DNA of 64,000 nt from Arcobacteraceae bacterium (GCA_965224485.1 CBDCZH010000010.1:288001-352000), one strand, 5' to 3'. Shown: positions 39,726 to 51,727, numbered from the stretch's first letter. Program-made: numbers and translations. Notes: a model not told the origin generated them from the letters alone.

Positions 39726-40133
39726 ATGAGTGTATTACAACATAAAAAAGCAAAAAGTTTAACTAAAAAAGAAAGAAAAGCTGCTGGTATCAATAAGAGC
39801 CACACAGCTACTTTAAAGTTTATTAGAATTGCACCTCTTAAAGCTAGATTAATAGCTAGAGAAGTTCAAGGTATGAATGCTGAGTATGCAATTGCATCAT
39901 TAGAATTTACACCAAACAAAGCTGCTGGAATCATTTCTAAAGTTATCGCATCTGCTGTTGCAAATGCTGGTTTAGAGCCTGAAGACGCAATTGTTACTTC
40001 TGCTAGAGTTGACAGAGCTCCAGTTCTTAAGAGATTTACTCCAAGAGCTAGAGGTAGTGCTTCTCCAAAGCATAAACCAACTGCACACATCATGATTGAA
40101 GTAGCAGCTGCACCAACTAAAGGAGCTAAGTAA
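39726..40133 (+). CDS. rplV: 50S ribosomal protein L22 with basic N-terminal extension
   Basis: [19 protein letters not shown]. Confidence 0.95.
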   Translation: MSVLQHKKAKSLTKKERKAAGINKSHTATLKFIRIAPLKARLIAREVQGMNAEYAIASLEFTPNKAAGIISKVIASAVANAGLEPEDAIVTSARVDRAPVLKRFTPRARGSASPKHKPTAHIMIEVAAAPTKGAK

Positions 40134-40831
40134 TGGGTCAAAAATGTAATCCAATAGGTTTAAGATTAGGTATCAATAGAAACTGGGATTCAAGATGGTT
40201 TCCAGCGTTCAATAAAATGCCTGCTAATGTAGCTGAAGATGACAAAATTAGAAAATTCATTAAAAAAGAATTATACTATGCTGGAATCGCTCAAACTATT
40301 ATTGAAAGAACTGCTAAAAAAGTTAGAGTTACTATCGTTGCTGCTCGTCCTGGTATTGTTATTGGGAAAAAGGGTGCTGACGTTGAAAAACTAAAAGCAA
40401 ATATTTCTAAATTAGTTGGAAAAGAAATTGCAATTAACATTAAAGAAGAAAGAAAGCCACAACTTTCTGGTCAATTAGCTGCTGAAAATGTAGCTCAACA
40501 ACTTGAAAGAAGAGTTGCATTTAGAAGAGCTATGAAAAGAGTTATGCAAAATGCAATTAAAGGTGGAGCTAAAGGTATTAAAGTATCTGTTTCTGGAAGA
40601 CTTGGTGGAGCTGAAATGGCTAGAACTGAGTGGTATTTAGAAGGAAGAGTTCCTTTACATACTTTAAGAGCTAAAATCGATTATGGTTTTGCTGAAGGTC
40701 ATACAACTTATGGTTGTATTGGTATTAAAGTTTGGATTTTCAAAGGTGAGGTTCTTGCAAAAGGGGTTCCTGTTGAGAAAGCTGAAACTGAAAAACCAAA
40801 TAGAAGACCGACTAAGAGAAGAGGTAAATAA
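40133..40831 (+). CDS. rpsC: 30S ribosomal protein S3
   Basis: [23 protein letters not shown]. Confidence 0.97.
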   Translation: MGQKCNPIGLRLGINRNWDSRWFPAFNKMPANVAEDDKIRKFIKKELYYAGIAQTIIERTAKKVRVTIVAARPGIVIGKKGADVEKLKANISKLVGKEIAINIKEERKPQLSGQLAAENVAQQLERRVAFRRAMKRVMQNAIKGGAKGIKVSVSGRLGGAEMARTEWYLEGRVPLHTLRAKIDYGFAEGHTTYGCIGIKVWIFKGEVLAKGVPVEKAETEKPNRRPTKRRGK

Positions 40832-40833
40832 TT

Positions 40834-41259
40834 ATGTTAATGCCTAAAAGAACTAAATTCAGAAAGATGATGAAGGGTCGTAATAGAGGTAAAGCTACTA
40901 GAGGTGCTTCTATTGCATATGGAGATTACGGACTTAAAGCTGTTGAGCACGGTAGAATTGATTCAAGACAAATTGAAGCTGCCAGAGTTGCTATGACTAG
41001 AAAAGTTAAAAGACAAGCTAAAGTATGGATTATGGTATTCCCTGATAAGCCACTTACTGCTAAACCATTAGAAACAAGAATGGGTAAAGGTAAAGGTGCT
41101 GTTGATAAATGGGTTATGAATATTAAGCCAGGAAGAATCCTTTTTGAAATGGCTGGTATTAGTGAAGAGTTAGCAAGAGAAGCTTTAACTTTAGCTAGAC
41201 ATAAATTACCATTCAAAACTAAAATTGTAACAAAAGACAGTGAAAATGAATTATATTGA
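40834..41259 (+). CDS. rplP: 50S ribosomal protein L16
   Basis: [18 protein letters not shown]. Confidence 0.97.
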   Translation: MLMPKRTKFRKMMKGRNRGKATRGASIAYGDYGLKAVEHGRIDSRQIEAARVAMTRKVKRQAKVWIMVFPDKPLTAKPLETRMGKGKGAVDKWVMNIKPGRILFEMAGISEELAREALTLARHKLPFKTKIVTKDSENELY

Positions 41260-41437
41260 TTTAAAAGATAAAAGTTCTGACGAGCTTTTAGTATTATTAA
41301 AAGAGAAAAAGGTGCTACTTTTTGAATTAAAAGCTAAGCTAAAAACTATGCAGTTAACTAACACTTCTGAATTAAGAGTTTGTAAAAAAGAAATAGCTCA
41401 AATTCAAACAGCTATAACTGCTGAAAAAGCTAACTAA
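41240..41437 (+). CDS. rpmC: 50S ribosomal protein L29
   Basis: operon position; QLTNTS.LR..KKEIA. Confidence 0.93.
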   Translation: MKMNYIDLKDKSSDELLVLLKEKKVLLFELKAKLKTMQLTNTSELRVCKKEIAQIQTAITAEKAN

Positions 41438-41448
41438 GGATCTATGAT

Positions 41449-41700
41449 ATGGCAATTAAAAGAGAGATTCAAGGTTTAGTGGTAAAAGTTTCTGGGCAAA
41501 AAACTGCTTCTGTATTAGTTACAAGATCAGTTATGCATCCTAGATATCACAAGACTGTTAAAAGATTTAAAAAATATTTAATTCATGATGAAAAATCTGA
41601 ATTAGCTATTGGTGATACGGTTACTGCAATTGAATGTAGACCTTTATCAAAAACTAAATCTTTTAGATTAAATACTATCCTTTCAAGAGGAGTTAAGTAA
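41449..41700 (+). CDS. rpsQ: 30S ribosomal protein S17
   Basis: [18 protein letters not shown]. Confidence 0.96.
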   Translation: MAIKREIQGLVVKVSGQKTASVLVTRSVMHPRYHKTVKRFKKYLIHDEKSELAIGDTVTAIECRPLSKTKSFRLNTILSRGVK

Positions 41701-42068
41701 TGATTCAAAGTTTTACAAGATTAAATGTAGCTGATAATACAGGTGCTAAACAGATTATGTGTATCAAAGTTTTAGGTGGTTCTAAAAGAAGATACGCATC
41801 TGTTGGTGATGTTATTGTTGCTTCAGTTAAAAAAGCGCTTCCAACTGGAAAAGTTAAAAAAGGTCAAGTTGTAAAAGCTGTTGTTGTTAGAACTCATAAA
41901 GAAGTTCAAAGAGAAAATGGTTCTTTAATCAGATTTGATGATAACGCTGCTGTTATACTTGATGCTAAAAAAGAACCAATTGGAACGAGAATATTTGGAC
42001 CTGTTGCTAGAGAAGTTAGATACTCTGGTTTCATGAAAATTGTTTCTCTTGCTCCGGAGGTACTATAA
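41700..42068 (+). CDS. rplN: 50S ribosomal protein L14
   Basis: [23 protein letters not shown]. Confidence 0.97.
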   Translation: MIQSFTRLNVADNTGAKQIMCIKVLGGSKRRYASVGDVIVASVKKALPTGKVKKGQVVKAVVVRTHKEVQRENGSLIRFDDNAAVILDAKKEPIGTRIFGPVAREVRYSGFMKIVSLAPEVL

Positions 42069-42070
42069 GT

Positions 42071-42310
42071 ATGGCAAATAAATTAAAAATCAAAAAAGGT
42101 GATACTGTAAAAATTATCGCTGGTGATGATAAAGGTAAAACAGGAGAAGTTTTAAGTGTTCTTGTTACAACTAAACAAGTAATTGTTCAAGATTGTAAGA
42201 TTGCTAAAAAAACTGTTAAACCTGATCAAGAAAAAAACCCTAATGGTGGTTTTGTTAACAAAGAGATGCCTATTGATATCTCTAATGTTACAAAAGTAGA
42301 AGGTGAATAA
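42071..42310 (+). CDS. rplX: 50S ribosomal protein L24
   Basis: [23 protein letters not shown]. Confidence 0.96.
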   Translation: MANKLKIKKGDTVKIIAGDDKGKTGEVLSVLVTTKQVIVQDCKIAKKTVKPDQEKNPNGGFVNKEMPIDISNVTKVEGE

Positions 42311-42312
42311 AA

Positions 42313-42861
42313 ATGGCATCTAGATTATTAGAAAGATATAAAAGTGAAATTAAGCCTGTTTTAGAAACTGAATTTCTTAAGAACAAAACTTTAACAGCAA
42401 AAGTAGATAAGATTACTATTTCTATTGGTGCTGGTGAAGCTATGAAAGATTCTAAGTTAATGCAAAATATGCAAGATACTATTTCTTTAATCGCTGGTCA
42501 AAAAGCTGTTAAAGTAATTGCTAAAAAATCAGTTGCTGGTTTTAAAGTAAGAGATGGTTATCCTGTAGGTATTAAAGTAACTTTAAGAGGTGACAATATG
42601 TATAACTTCTTAGACAAACTTTGTGCAGTTGCATTACCAAGAGTTAAGGATTTTAGAGGTCTTAACAAGAATGGTTTTGATGGTTATGGTAACTTCAACT
42701 TTGGATTAGAAGAGCAATTAATGTTCCCAGAAGTTGTTTATGATGATATTATTAAAACTCATGGTATGAACATTTCAATAGCTACTACTGCAACATCTGA
42801 TGCAGAAGCGTATAGACTATTGGAACTTGTTGGTGTACCATTTAGTAAAGGAAGAGTGTAA
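42313..42861 (+). CDS. rplE: 50S ribosomal protein L5
   Basis: [19 protein letters not shown]. Confidence 0.97.
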   Translation: MASRLLERYKSEIKPVLETEFLKNKTLTAKVDKITISIGAGEAMKDSKLMQNMQDTISLIAGQKAVKVIAKKSVAGFKVRDGYPVGIKVTLRGDNMYNFLDKLCAVALPRVKDFRGLNKNGFDGYGNFNFGLEEQLMFPEVVYDDIIKTHGMNISIATTATSDAEAYRLLELVGVPFSKGRV

Positions 42862-43046
42862 TGGCAAAGAAATCTATAATTGCAAAACAAAAAAGAACAC
42901 CTAAGTTTGCTGTAAGAGCATACACTAGATGTAATGTTTGTGGAAGACCACACTCTGTTTACAGAGATTTTGGTTTATGTAGAATTTGTTTAAGAAAGAT
43001 GGCTAACGAAGGTTTATTACCTGGTGTTAGAAAAGCTAGTTGGTAA
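42861..43046 (+). CDS. rpsN: 30S ribosomal protein S14 (zinc-binding C+ type)
   Basis: CNVCGR...CRIC, KASW. Confidence 0.96.
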   Translation: MAKKSIIAKQKRTPKFAVRAYTRCNVCGRPHSVYRDFGLCRICLRKMANEGLLPGVRKASW

Positions 43047-43057
43047 GGAAATAAGCT

Positions 43058-43456
43058 ATGATGAATGATATGATCGCAGATGCTTTAACTAGAATTAGAA
43101 ATGCAGCAATGAGAAAACTTGACGTTACAACTCTTTTGCATTCTAATACAGTTGTAGGTATTTTAACAGTATTAGAGAAGAAAGAATATATTGAGTCTTT
43201 CAAAGTTGTTGACGGAGAGAGTAATAAAAAGACTATCAAAGTTACATTAAAATATAACGAAGATGAAGCTTCTGTAATTAATGAAATTACAAGAGTTTCT
43301 AAACCTGGAAGAAGAGTTTATAAAGCTTCTGCTGAGTTAAAAAATTTCAAAAATGGATATGGTACAATCATTGTTTCTACGAACAAGGGTGTAGTTGCTA
43401 ACGACGAAGCAGTTGCTTCTAACGTTGGTGGTGAAGTACTGTGTACAGTTTGGTAG
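43058..43456 (+). CDS. rpsH: 30S ribosomal protein S8
   Basis: [18 protein letters not shown]. Confidence 0.97.
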   Translation: MMNDMIADALTRIRNAAMRKLDVTTLLHSNTVVGILTVLEKKEYIESFKVVDGESNKKTIKVTLKYNEDEASVINEITRVSKPGRRVYKASAELKNFKNGYGTIIVSTNKGVVANDEAVASNVGGEVLCTVW

Positions 43457-43466
43457 GGGAGTAACA

Positions 43467-44000
43467 ATGTCAAGAATTGGAAAAAAACCTATCTCAATTC
43501 CTTCTGGAATTGAAGTATCAGTTACTGGTACTATTATTAGTGTTAAAAAAGGAAACAAAACTTCTACTGTTGAAACACACGGTAGAGTTGGTGTTGAAAT
43601 TGAATCTAATACTGTTGTTTTATCAAAAGTTGGAGAAGATAAAGAATCTTCTGCCTTTTGGGGAACATATAGAGCTTTATTAAATAATGCAATTGATGGT
43701 TTAAACAAAGGTTTTTCAAAATCTTTAGAAATCAATGGTGTTGGTTATAGAGCTGCCGTTAAAGGCAAAGTATTAGAATTACAATTAGGTTATTCTCACC
43801 CAATCAGCTATGAAATCGCAGAAGGTTTAGATATCACAGTTGAGAAGAACTTAATTCACGTAAAAGGTGCAGACAAACAACAAGTTGGTCAAGCTGCTGC
43901 AATTATTCGAGGCTACAGAAAACCAGAACCGTACAAAGGTAAAGGTGTTAAGTATACTGACGAGGTTATCGTTAGAAAAGCCGGAAAAACTGCGAAGTAA
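43467..44000 (+). CDS. rplF: 50S ribosomal protein L6
   Basis: MSRIGK start at 43467 after [14 protein letters not shown]. Confidence 0.97.
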   Translation: MSRIGKKPISIPSGIEVSVTGTIISVKKGNKTSTVETHGRVGVEIESNTVVLSKVGEDKESSAFWGTYRALLNNAIDGLNKGFSKSLEINGVGYRAAVKGKVLELQLGYSHPISYEIAEGLDITVEKNLIHVKGADKQQVGQAAAIIRGYRKPEPYKGKGVKYTDEVIVRKAGKTAK

Positions 44001-44010
44001 GGTGTGAATT

Positions 44011-44370
44011 ATGAGTAGAGTAAAAGATATAGCAAAAAAGAATTCTTTAAGATTAAGAAGAAAAAGACGAGTTAGAGGTAAAATTTCTGGAACTGTTACA
44101 ATTCCAAGACTTAGTATTTCTAAATCAAACAAATTTTTAAGTGCGCAAGCAATTGATGATGTTGCTGGTGTTACATTAGCTTCAATTAATTCAAAAACTT
44201 TGAGCTTAAATGTTAATAAAGAAAATGCAGTTAAAGTAGGAGCAGAATTTGCTAAAACTTTAAAAGCTGCTAAGATTGATACAGTAGTATTTGACAGAAA
44301 TGGTTACCTTTATCATGGTGTAGTTGCGGCTTTTGCTGATGCGCTTAGAGATAATGGTATCAAATTATAA
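44011..44370 (+). CDS. rplR: 50S ribosomal protein L18
   Basis: [15 protein letters not shown]. Confidence 0.96.
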   Translation: MSRVKDIAKKNSLRLRRKRRVRGKISGTVTIPRLSISKSNKFLSAQAIDDVAGVTLASINSKTLSLNVNKENAVKVGAEFAKTLKAAKIDTVVFDRNGYLYHGVVAAFADALRDNGIKL

Positions 44371-44376
44371 GGGTTA

Positions 44377-44820
44377 ATGATGGCAATTAATAGAGAAGAT
44401 TATCAAGAAGCAATCGTTAAAATCGGAAGAGTAACTAAAGTTGTAAAGGGTGGTCGAAGATTCAGATTTACTGCTTTAGTTGTTGTTGGTGATAAACAAG
44501 GTACTGTAGGATTCGGAACTGGAAAAGCGAAAGAAGTTCCAGATGCAATTAAAAAAGCTTTAGATGATGCATTCAAAAGTTTAGTTAAGATTTCTTTAAA
44601 AGGAACAACTATTGCACACGATATTGAGCATAAATATAATGCAAGTAAAATTTTATTAAAACCAGCTAGTGAGGGTACAGGACTAATTGCAGGTGGTGCA
44701 GCTCGTCCAGTTCTTGAACTTGCTGGAATTAAAGATATTATTGCAAAATCTTTAGGTTCTAACAATCCAAATAACCTTGTACAAGCTACTGTTGAAGCAT
44801 TAGCTAGAATTAAAGGATAG
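44377..44820 (+). CDS. rpsE: 30S ribosomal protein S5
   Basis: [12 protein letters not shown]. Confidence 0.97.
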   Translation: MMAINREDYQEAIVKIGRVTKVVKGGRRFRFTALVVVGDKQGTVGFGTGKAKEVPDAIKKALDDAFKSLVKISLKGTTIAHDIEHKYNASKILLKPASEGTGLIAGGAARPVLELAGIKDIIAKSLGSNNPNNLVQATVEALARIKG

Positions 44821-45222
44821 ATGATGGCATTAAATAATTTACAATCAGCAACTGGTAGTACAAAAAATGTTAAAAGAGTAGGTCGTGGTCAAGGTTCAGG
44901 AATGGGTAAGACTTCTACTAGAGGTCAAAAAGGTCAAAAATCTAGATCTGGATATAAAATCAAAAGACATTTTGAAGGTGGTCAAATGCCTTTACAAAAA
45001 AGAATGCCTAAGATTGGATTCTTTTCTAGAGTAAGTAAACCTTATTCAATCAATGTTAATAAAGTAAAACAAGTTGCTGCATTAACTGAGATTACTATGG
45101 AAACTATTAAATCTGTTTACAAGTTATCTAAAGCAGTAACTAAAGTTAAGTTAATTGGTTCAGATGCTAAAGCTTTAGCATCAAAGATTAAAGACGAAAA
45201 CGTAACTACTACTGGTAACTAG
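44821..45222 (+). CDS. rplO: 50S ribosomal protein L15
   Basis: [17 protein letters not shown]. Confidence 0.96.
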   Translation: MMALNNLQSATGSTKNVKRVGRGQGSGMGKTSTRGQKGQKSRSGYKIKRHFEGGQMPLQKRMPKIGFFSRVSKPYSINVNKVKQVAALTEITMETIKSVYKLSKAVTKVKLIGSDAKALASKIKDENVTTTGN

Positions 45223-45225
45223 CAG

Positions 45226-46488
45226 ATGAGCAAAGATCTAATAAATAAGATTCTTATTACGTTAGGTTTTATACTACTCTACAGAGTACTGGCATATGTG
45301 CCAGTACCTGGAGTAAATATAGACGTTGTAAAAGAATTTTTTGATTCTAACTCAAACAATGCTTTAGGTTTAGTTAATATGTTTAGTGGAAATGCTGTTG
45401 AAAGACTAAGTATTATCTCACTAGGTATTATGCCTTATATTACTGCTTCAATTATTATGGAGCTTCTAGCAGCTACTTTCCCAGCTCTTGGGAAAATGAA
45501 AAAAGAACGTGATGGTATGCAAAAATATATGCAAATCATTAGATATGCAACTATTGTAATTACTTTAATTCAATCTATTGGTGTATCTATGGGACTTAAT
45601 TCATTAAGTGGTCAAGGTGGACAAAGTGCAATTACAATTGATATGGATACGTTTATAGCTGTATCTTCTATCTCAATGTTAACTGGAACTATGCTTTTAA
45701 TGTGGATTGGTGAACAAATCACACAAAGAGGTATTGGTAATGGTATTTCATTAATTATCTTTGCTGGTATTGTTTCTGCAATTCCTTCTGCTATTGGTGG
45801 AACAATTGATTTAGTTAATAATGGTCAAATGAACTTTTTAACTGTTATTGTAATATTGGTGGTAATTTTAGCAACCGTTGGTGCAATTATTTTTGTTGAA
45901 TTAGGTGAAAGAAGAGTACCTGTTTCATACTCAAGAAAAGTTATGATGGAAAGTCAAAACAAAAGAGTTATGAACTATATTCCTATTAAAGTTAATTTAT
46001 CAGGTGTAATTCCTGCCATTTTTGCATCTGCAATTTTAATGTTTCCTGCGACTATTTTACAAGGTAGTCAAAATGAAATCTTAGTAAAAATTGCTGATTA
46101 TTTATCTCCTGCTTCTTATACTTTTAATGTTTTTATGTTCTTATTTGTAGTTTTCTTTGCATTCTTTTATGCATCAATTACATTTAATGCAAAAGATATT
46201 GCTGAGAACTTAAAAAAACAAGGTGGATTTATTCCTGGCGTTAGGCCTGGAGCTTCTACTTCTGAGTTTTTAAATGAAGTAGCAGGAAGATTAACTCTTT
46301 CAGGTGCTGTATATTTAGGTCTTATTTCAACGCTACCTTGGCTTATAGTTAAAGCTATGGGAGTTCCATTTTATTTTGGAGGTGTTGCTGTTTTAATTGT
46401 TGTTCAAGTTGCTATTGATACTATGAGAAAAATTGAAGCTCAACAGTACATGAATAAATATGACACTTTAAGTGCAGTAGGTTTATAA
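45226..46488 (+). CDS. secY: preprotein translocase subunit SecY
   Basis: LGIMPYITASII, GIGNGISLIIF, IPGVRPG. Confidence 0.97.
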   Translation: MSKDLINKILITLGFILLYRVLAYVPVPGVNIDVVKEFFDSNSNNALGLVNMFSGNAVERLSIISLGIMPYITASIIMELLAATFPALGKMKKERDGMQKYMQIIRYATIVITLIQSIGVSMGLNSLSGQGGQSAITIDMDTFIAVSSISMLTGTMLLMWIGEQITQRGIGNGISLIIFAGIVSAIPSAIGGTIDLVNNGQMNFLTVIVILVVILATVGAIIFVELGERRVPVSYSRKVMMESQNKRVMNYIPIKVNLSGVIPAIFASAILMFPATILQGSQNEILVKIADYLSPASYTFNVFMFLFVVFFAFFYASITFNAKDIAENLKKQGGFIPGVRPGASTSEFLNEVAGRLTLSGAVYLGLISTLPWLIVKAMGVPFYFGGVAVLIVVQVAIDTMRKIEAQQYMNKYDTLSAVGL

Positions 46489-46493
46489 ATCTT

Positions 46494-47252
46494 ATGGCAA
46501 TTCCTTTAAGAAAACCTAATGAAATTGAAAAACTTCGTACAGCCTCTTTGGCTGTTGCGAAAACTTTAGATTATTTAAAAAATAATGTAAAAGCTGGTAT
46601 GAGCTTAAAAGAAGTTGATACCTTAGGTGATGATTTTTTAGCACAAATGGGTGTTAGACCATCATTTAAAGGCTTATATGGTTTTCCAGCAGCAGTTTGT
46701 ACCTCATTAAATGAAGTAATTATACACGGAATACCAAGTAGTATTATTTTAAAAGAAGGTGATATCCTTGGACTTGATATTGGGTCTGAAGTTGATGGTT
46801 GGTATGGTGATGCCGCAATAACAATGCCTATTGGTAAAATCTCAAAAGAAGATGAAGCTTTAATTGCTTGCTCAAAAGATGCTTTATATCATGCTATTTC
46901 TATTATAAAAGAAGGGCTAAGATTTAAAGAACTTTCAGCAGAAATTGAAAAATTCATCAGAAATAGAGGATATGTGCCATTGGTTAGATTTTGTGGACAT
47001 GGGATTGGTAAAAAACCTCATGATGAACCAGAAATTCCAAACTATATTGAAACTCCAAATGTAAAAGCAGGTCCTAAAATAAAAAATGGAATGGTATTTT
47101 GTTTAGAGCCAATGGTTTGTCAAAAAGAACAAGAACCAGTTATTTTAGATAATGATTGGGATGTTGTTAGTTCTGATGGATTAAGAGGTTCGCATTATGA
47201 ACATACAATTGCTGTAATAGATGGAAAAGCAGTAATTTTAAGTGAAATTTAA
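46494..47252 (+). CDS. map: methionine aminopeptidase
   Basis: HGIP, CGHGIG, EPM, HYEHT. Confidence 0.95.
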   Translation: MAIPLRKPNEIEKLRTASLAVAKTLDYLKNNVKAGMSLKEVDTLGDDFLAQMGVRPSFKGLYGFPAAVCTSLNEVIIHGIPSSIILKEGDILGLDIGSEVDGWYGDAAITMPIGKISKEDEALIACSKDALYHAISIIKEGLRFKELSAEIEKFIRNRGYVPLVRFCGHGIGKKPHDEPEIPNYIETPNVKAGPKIKNGMVFCLEPMVCQKEQEPVILDNDWDVVSSDGLRGSHYEHTIAVIDGKAVILSEI

Positions 47253-47263
47253 AAAGGTAATGA

Positions 47264-47482
47264 ATGTCAAAAGATGATGTAATAGTAATAGATGGAAAAG
47301 TAAAAGAAGCCTTACCTAATGCAATGTTTAAAGTTGAATTAGATAATGGTCATGTGGTATTATGTCATATCTCTGGAAAAATGAGAATGCATTATATTAA
47401 AATCTTACCTCAAGATAAGGTTAAAGTTGAAATAACTCCTTATTCTTTAGATAAGGGTAGAATAACTCACAGATATAAATAA
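47264..47482 (+). CDS. infA: translation initiation factor IF-1
   Basis: ALPNAMF, HISGKMR, KGRI. Confidence 0.97.
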   Translation: MSKDDVIVIDGKVKEALPNAMFKVELDNGHVVLCHISGKMRMHYIKILPQDKVKVEITPYSLDKGRITHRYK

Positions 47483-47486
47483 TTTT

Positions 47487-47516
47487 ATAAGAAACTATTA
47501 ATTAATAGTTTCTTAT
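47487..47516 (+). terminator. hairpin after infA
   Basis: ATAAGAAACTATTAATTAATAGTTTCTTAT perfect palindrome. Confidence 0.65.
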
Positions 47517-47738
47517 ATTACCTTAGATTCCTAGATCATAATAAACTCACAAACTTACATAAAATTAAAATATTCATAGACTTTTATATATTTATAATAA
47601 AACTAAATTTTAAATAATATTATTGTATACATATAAAAAAGTATGCAAACTTATGGAGCTTTTTAATGCCTTTGACAAAGTGAATTACCACACGCGCTTT
47701 AAAAGTAATAATAAACTCAAGCTCCATAACTTTACATA

Positions 47739-47951
47739 CTAGCTAAGTCTAATATAAGTCTCTTTTATCTCTTGTTGTAAAAAGTCTTTTTGTTTAATCA
47801 TTAATTCTAGATTTTGTTTTAATAACTCTTTGTCTTTATATGATTCAATTATAAATTCAAATAATTTGGGTCTATTTGTTTTCCAATTATGTAAAGTTGT
47901 TTTATTAACTTCTAAATCACTTTGTAACTTTCTTAAACTAGGTGAAGACAT
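47739..47951 (-). CDS. small putative HTH DNA-binding protein
   Basis: SLRKLQSDLEVNKTTLHNWK resembles an HTH; C-terminal coiled coil; AAGGA RBS. Confidence 0.6.
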   Translation of the reverse strand: MSSPSLRKLQSDLEVNKTTLHNWKTNRPKLFEFIIESYKDKELLKQNLELMIKQKDFLQQEIKETYIRLS

Positions 47952-48075
47952 CTATTTCCTTTTTCTGTAATAAATGATTGTACATATATTTGGAACAAAA
48001 GTCAAGTAAATTATCTTTTTTGTACAAATTGATGGAACAAATGAAGCTACAAGAGACATTTTTGTACAATTTCAC

Positions 48076-48741
48076 ATGACAAAAAGAGTAAAAAACCAAA
48101 TGCTTTACCATCTTAATTTTCTAAAATCTATTGGATATGAGTATTATGAGGATATTAGAATTGATAAAAGAATTAGTGATGAGATAAACTTGCCAGATGA
48201 TATTAATTTATTAGAGAGTATAGTAAAAAACTGTCATTTATGTCACTTATCAAAATATAGAGCAAATATACTTTTTGGACAAGGTAATATAAGTGCTAAG
48301 GTAATGTTTATAGGTGATGAACCAAGCATTAGTGAAGATGAAGTCGGAGAATTTTTTGTAGGTAAAAGTGGTGCAATGTTAGCTAAGATGATAGAAAATG
48401 TCATTGGTATTAAAAAAGAAGAAGTTTATATTACAAATATAGTAAAATGTAGAACTGCTCATGGTCTTATTCAAATTGATGAAGAAAAATGTTGTAGGTC
48501 TTACTTAGATAAGCAAATTTCTTTGATAAAACCAAATTTGATTGTTCTTTTAGGTGAAGTTGCTTATGATTTTTTCTTAGATCAAAATATCTCTTTTTCA
48601 CAAACTAGAGGTCAAATTATAAATAAGAACTCAATGAATATCATGAGTACTTATCATCCAAGTTACTTATTAAGAAATCCTTCTGTTAAAAAAGAAGCAT
48701 ATTATGATATGTTAAAAATTAAATCGTTTTTGGAGAAATAG
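48076..48741 (+). CDS. uracil-DNA glycosylase, family 4-like
   Basis: CHLC, GDEP, ITNIVKCR, TYHPSYLLRNP. Confidence 0.88.
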   Translation: MTKRVKNQMLYHLNFLKSIGYEYYEDIRIDKRISDEINLPDDINLLESIVKNCHLCHLSKYRANILFGQGNISAKVMFIGDEPSISEDEVGEFFVGKSGAMLAKMIENVIGIKKEEVYITNIVKCRTAHGLIQIDEEKCCRSYLDKQISLIKPNLIVLLGEVAYDFFLDQNISFSQTRGQIINKNSMNIMSTYHPSYLLRNPSVKKEAYYDMLKIKSFLEK

Positions 48742-49814
48742 TGAAACACATTTTAATTATAATTTCAATAATTTTTCTTTTTGCAGCTTGTGCTCCAAAA
48801 AAAGAAATTATTATACAAGTTCCAACAAAAAAAGACAAATCAATTGATGAAAAAGTTACTTTAGAAGACTTTTCTTATATACAAACAAGTGATGAAGATT
48901 TTAAAGTTGCTATAATCTTTCCTTCTAAAGTTGTTGGAAAATATGCAAATAGCACTGTAAATACTGCCTTATCATATTTAATATATAAAAAAGAAAAATT
49001 TGATCTTGAAACATTTGATTCTTTTAATCAAAGCAAAGAATCAATAAAAAGAGTTTTTGATGAAGCTATTAGTAAGGGATATAAAAATATTATTGCTTTA
49101 TATACAAAAGAGGCATTAAATGATATTTATTCGCTAAGAGATATACATAATATAAATGTTTATTTTCCAATAATTTCAAAGAGTGACTTTTTATATAAGG
49201 CTAAAAATTTTACCTTTGGTGCTATTTCTTATGATAATCAAATTAAAACACTTCTTTCTTTATCTAATAATGTAGATGCTAGTTTTTATGCTAATTCTTC
49301 TATTGGATTAAAATTAAAAAGTAAATATGATACTTATGTAACAAACTTAAAAGTTGAGAAAAAAGTAAAAAAAACAAATATTAATTATAAAAAACTAGTT
49401 GATGATGAGAACTTAAATGATACAACGCTAATGTTAAATACTCCAATTGTAAAAACATCTATTATTCTTTCGCAGTTAAGAGCAAATGAAATTAAACCAA
49501 GTTTAATTTTATCAACACAAATCAATTATAATCCAATTTTAGTATCTTTAACTCAAGTTGAAGATAGAATAAATTTTATAGTTGCGAGTTCAATTGAAAA
49601 AACTTCTAATGAATTAGAAGAAATTTTATCTTTAATTGGTGCTGATATTACATATAATTGGGTTAATTATTCTTCTTTAATTGGTTTAAATTATTTCTTT
49701 AATAAAAATGAAGACGGCTTAATCAAAAATGATATTATCAATAATGAAGTTTCATATAAAGTAAATCTTTATAACTCTACTTCTTATGGCTTTTTAAAGA
49801 TGTCATCAAATTAA
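48741..49814 (+). CDS. lipoprotein with periplasmic-binding-protein-like fold (possibly LpoA-like)
   Basis: GTG start, lipobox FAAC; fold assignment is tentative. Confidence 0.6.
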   Translation: MKHILIIISIIFLFAACAPKKEIIIQVPTKKDKSIDEKVTLEDFSYIQTSDEDFKVAIIFPSKVVGKYANSTVNTALSYLIYKKEKFDLETFDSFNQSKESIKRVFDEAISKGYKNIIALYTKEALNDIYSLRDIHNINVYFPIISKSDFLYKAKNFTFGAISYDNQIKTLLSLSNNVDASFYANSSIGLKLKSKYDTYVTNLKVEKKVKKTNINYKKLVDDENLNDTTLMLNTPIVKTSIILSQLRANEIKPSLILSTQINYNPILVSLTQVEDRINFIVASSIEKTSNELEEILSLIGADITYNWVNYSSLIGLNYFFNKNEDGLIKNDIINNEVSYKVNLYNSTSYGFLKMSSN

Positions 49815-49889
49815 TTTATAAGAAAAACTTAGTTATAATCGCGTATATTAATACACATAAGCAAAAATGCTTTATATATGGAGATTGAA

Positions 49890-51647
49890 TTGAGAACTCA
49901 TTATTGTACAGAAGTTAGTGAAAAAAATATAGGTGAAACTGTAAGTGTTGCTGGTTGGGTTAACAGTAGACGTGATCATGGTGGAATTATATTTATAGAT
50001 TTAAGAGATAAAGGTGGATTAGTTCAATTAGTTGCTGATCCTTCAATTTTAAGTAATGCCGAAACAGTGAGAGATGAGTATGTTTTAGTATGTACTGGAA
50101 AAGTAAGAGCTAGAGGTGAAGGATTAGAAAATCCAAATCTTAAAACTGGTAATATTGAAATTGTTTTAGATGAACTTATTATTCAAAACAAATCTAAAGC
50201 TATGCCTTTTGATATAAATGATGATAAAGTTAATGATGAAATTAAATTAAAAAATAGATTCTTAGAGCTTAGATCTGCTAAATCATATAATATTTTTAAA
50301 CTTCGTTCAACTGCTGCTATGCAAGTTCGAAATACACTAGATAGCTTGGGATTTTTAGATGTAGAAACTCCTATCTTAACAAAATCAACTCCAGAAGGGG
50401 CACGTGATTATTTAGTACCTTCAAGAGTTCATCCTGGTGAATTTTATGCACTTCCACAAAGTCCTCAGTTATTTAAACAATTATTAATGGTATCTGGATT
50501 TGATAAATATTTCCAAATTGCTAAATGTTTTAGAGATGAAGATTTACGATCAGATAGACAGCCTGAATTTACTCAAATAGATGTTGAAATGAGTTTTTGT
50601 AATCAAGAAGATATTATTAAAGTAGCAGAAAAATTAATTTATGATGTATTTACAAAATGTGGTAAAGATATTCCTAAAACATTCAAAAGAATGACTTATA
50701 ATGATGCTATGGAAAATTATGGTTGTGATAAACCTGATATGAGATTTGACTTACCATTAGTTGACGTTATTGATATTTTTGCAAACAGTACAAATGAAAT
50801 CTTTGCAAGTATTGCAAAAGATAGTAAAAACAATAGAATCAAAGCTTTAAGAGTTCCAAATGGAGATAACTTATTTTCAAAACGACAAATGAAAGGTTTT
50901 GAAGAATATGTAAGAAAGTTTGGAGCTAAAGGTTTAGGTTACTTCCAAATGAAAGAAGATGGTCTAAAAGGTCCTTTAACTAAATTCTTTAGTGAAGCTG
51001 ATTTAGAAGCAATTATTAAAACTACAAAACTTGAAGTTGGTGATGTTGTATTCTTTGGAGCTGGGCAGAAAAAAACTGTATGGGATTATATGGGTAGATT
51101 TAGACTATATCTAGCTTCAATGATTGAAGGTATGGTTGATAAAGACGCTTATGAATTTTTATGGGTAGTTGATTTTCCTATGTTTGAAATAATTGATGGT
51201 CGAACAAAAGCTTTACATCATCCTTTTACTATGCCTAAAAACCCAGAAAACCTTGAAAATCCTGATGATTTAGAATCTTTAGAATCAATAGCTTATGATA
51301 TTGTTGTTAATGGTACTGAGTTAGGTGGAGGAAGTATAAGAATTCATAAAGAAGAAATTCAATCAAAAGTTTTTGACCTTATGGGAATATCAAAAGAAGA
51401 AGCAAATGAAAAATTTGGTTTCTTACTTGATGCTTTACAATATGGAGCACCTTCACATGGTGGTTTTGCTCTAGGACTTGATAGATTAATTATGCTTTTA
51501 GCTGGTACTGATTCAATAAGAGATGTAATTGCTTTTCCTAAAACGCAAAAAGCTCAATGTTTATTAGCAAAAGCTCCAAGCCCAGTTGATGCTGAACAAT
51601 TAAAAGAACTAGGTTTAAGAATTAGAAAACAAGATAATACAATCTAA
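49890..51647 (+). CDS. aspS: aspartate--tRNA ligase
   Basis: [30 protein letters not shown] start 49890 after GGAG likely. Confidence 0.96.
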   Translation: MRTHYCTEVSEKNIGETVSVAGWVNSRRDHGGIIFIDLRDKGGLVQLVADPSILSNAETVRDEYVLVCTGKVRARGEGLENPNLKTGNIEIVLDELIIQNKSKAMPFDINDDKVNDEIKLKNRFLELRSAKSYNIFKLRSTAAMQVRNTLDSLGFLDVETPILTKSTPEGARDYLVPSRVHPGEFYALPQSPQLFKQLLMVSGFDKYFQIAKCFRDEDLRSDRQPEFTQIDVEMSFCNQEDIIKVAEKLIYDVFTKCGKDIPKTFKRMTYNDAMENYGCDKPDMRFDLPLVDVIDIFANSTNEIFASIAKDSKNNRIKALRVPNGDNLFSKRQMKGFEEYVRKFGAKGLGYFQMKEDGLKGPLTKFFSEADLEAIIKTTKLEVGDVVFFGAGQKKTVWDYMGRFRLYLASMIEGMVDKDAYEFLWVVDFPMFEIIDGRTKALHHPFTMPKNPENLENPDDLESLESIAYDIVVNGTELGGGSIRIHKEEIQSKVFDLMGISKEEANEKFGFLLDALQYGAPSHGGFALGLDRLIMLLAGTDSIRDVIAFPKTQKAQCLLAKAPSPVDAEQLKELGLRIRKQDNTI

Positions 51648-51727
51648 AACAATATAGACTAAAGTTAGTTTACTAGCTTTAGTTTTGTTTTAAGAGGAGT
51701 TTAACTGCTCTTATAATAGAGTCTATT

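Noticed and set aside
43395..43466. N-terminal extension of L6 in the ORF track
   Set aside because: Overlaps rpsH; canonical MSRIGK start with SD at 43467
44820..44821. No rpmD (L30) between rpsE and rplO
   Set aside because: Expected for Campylobacterota
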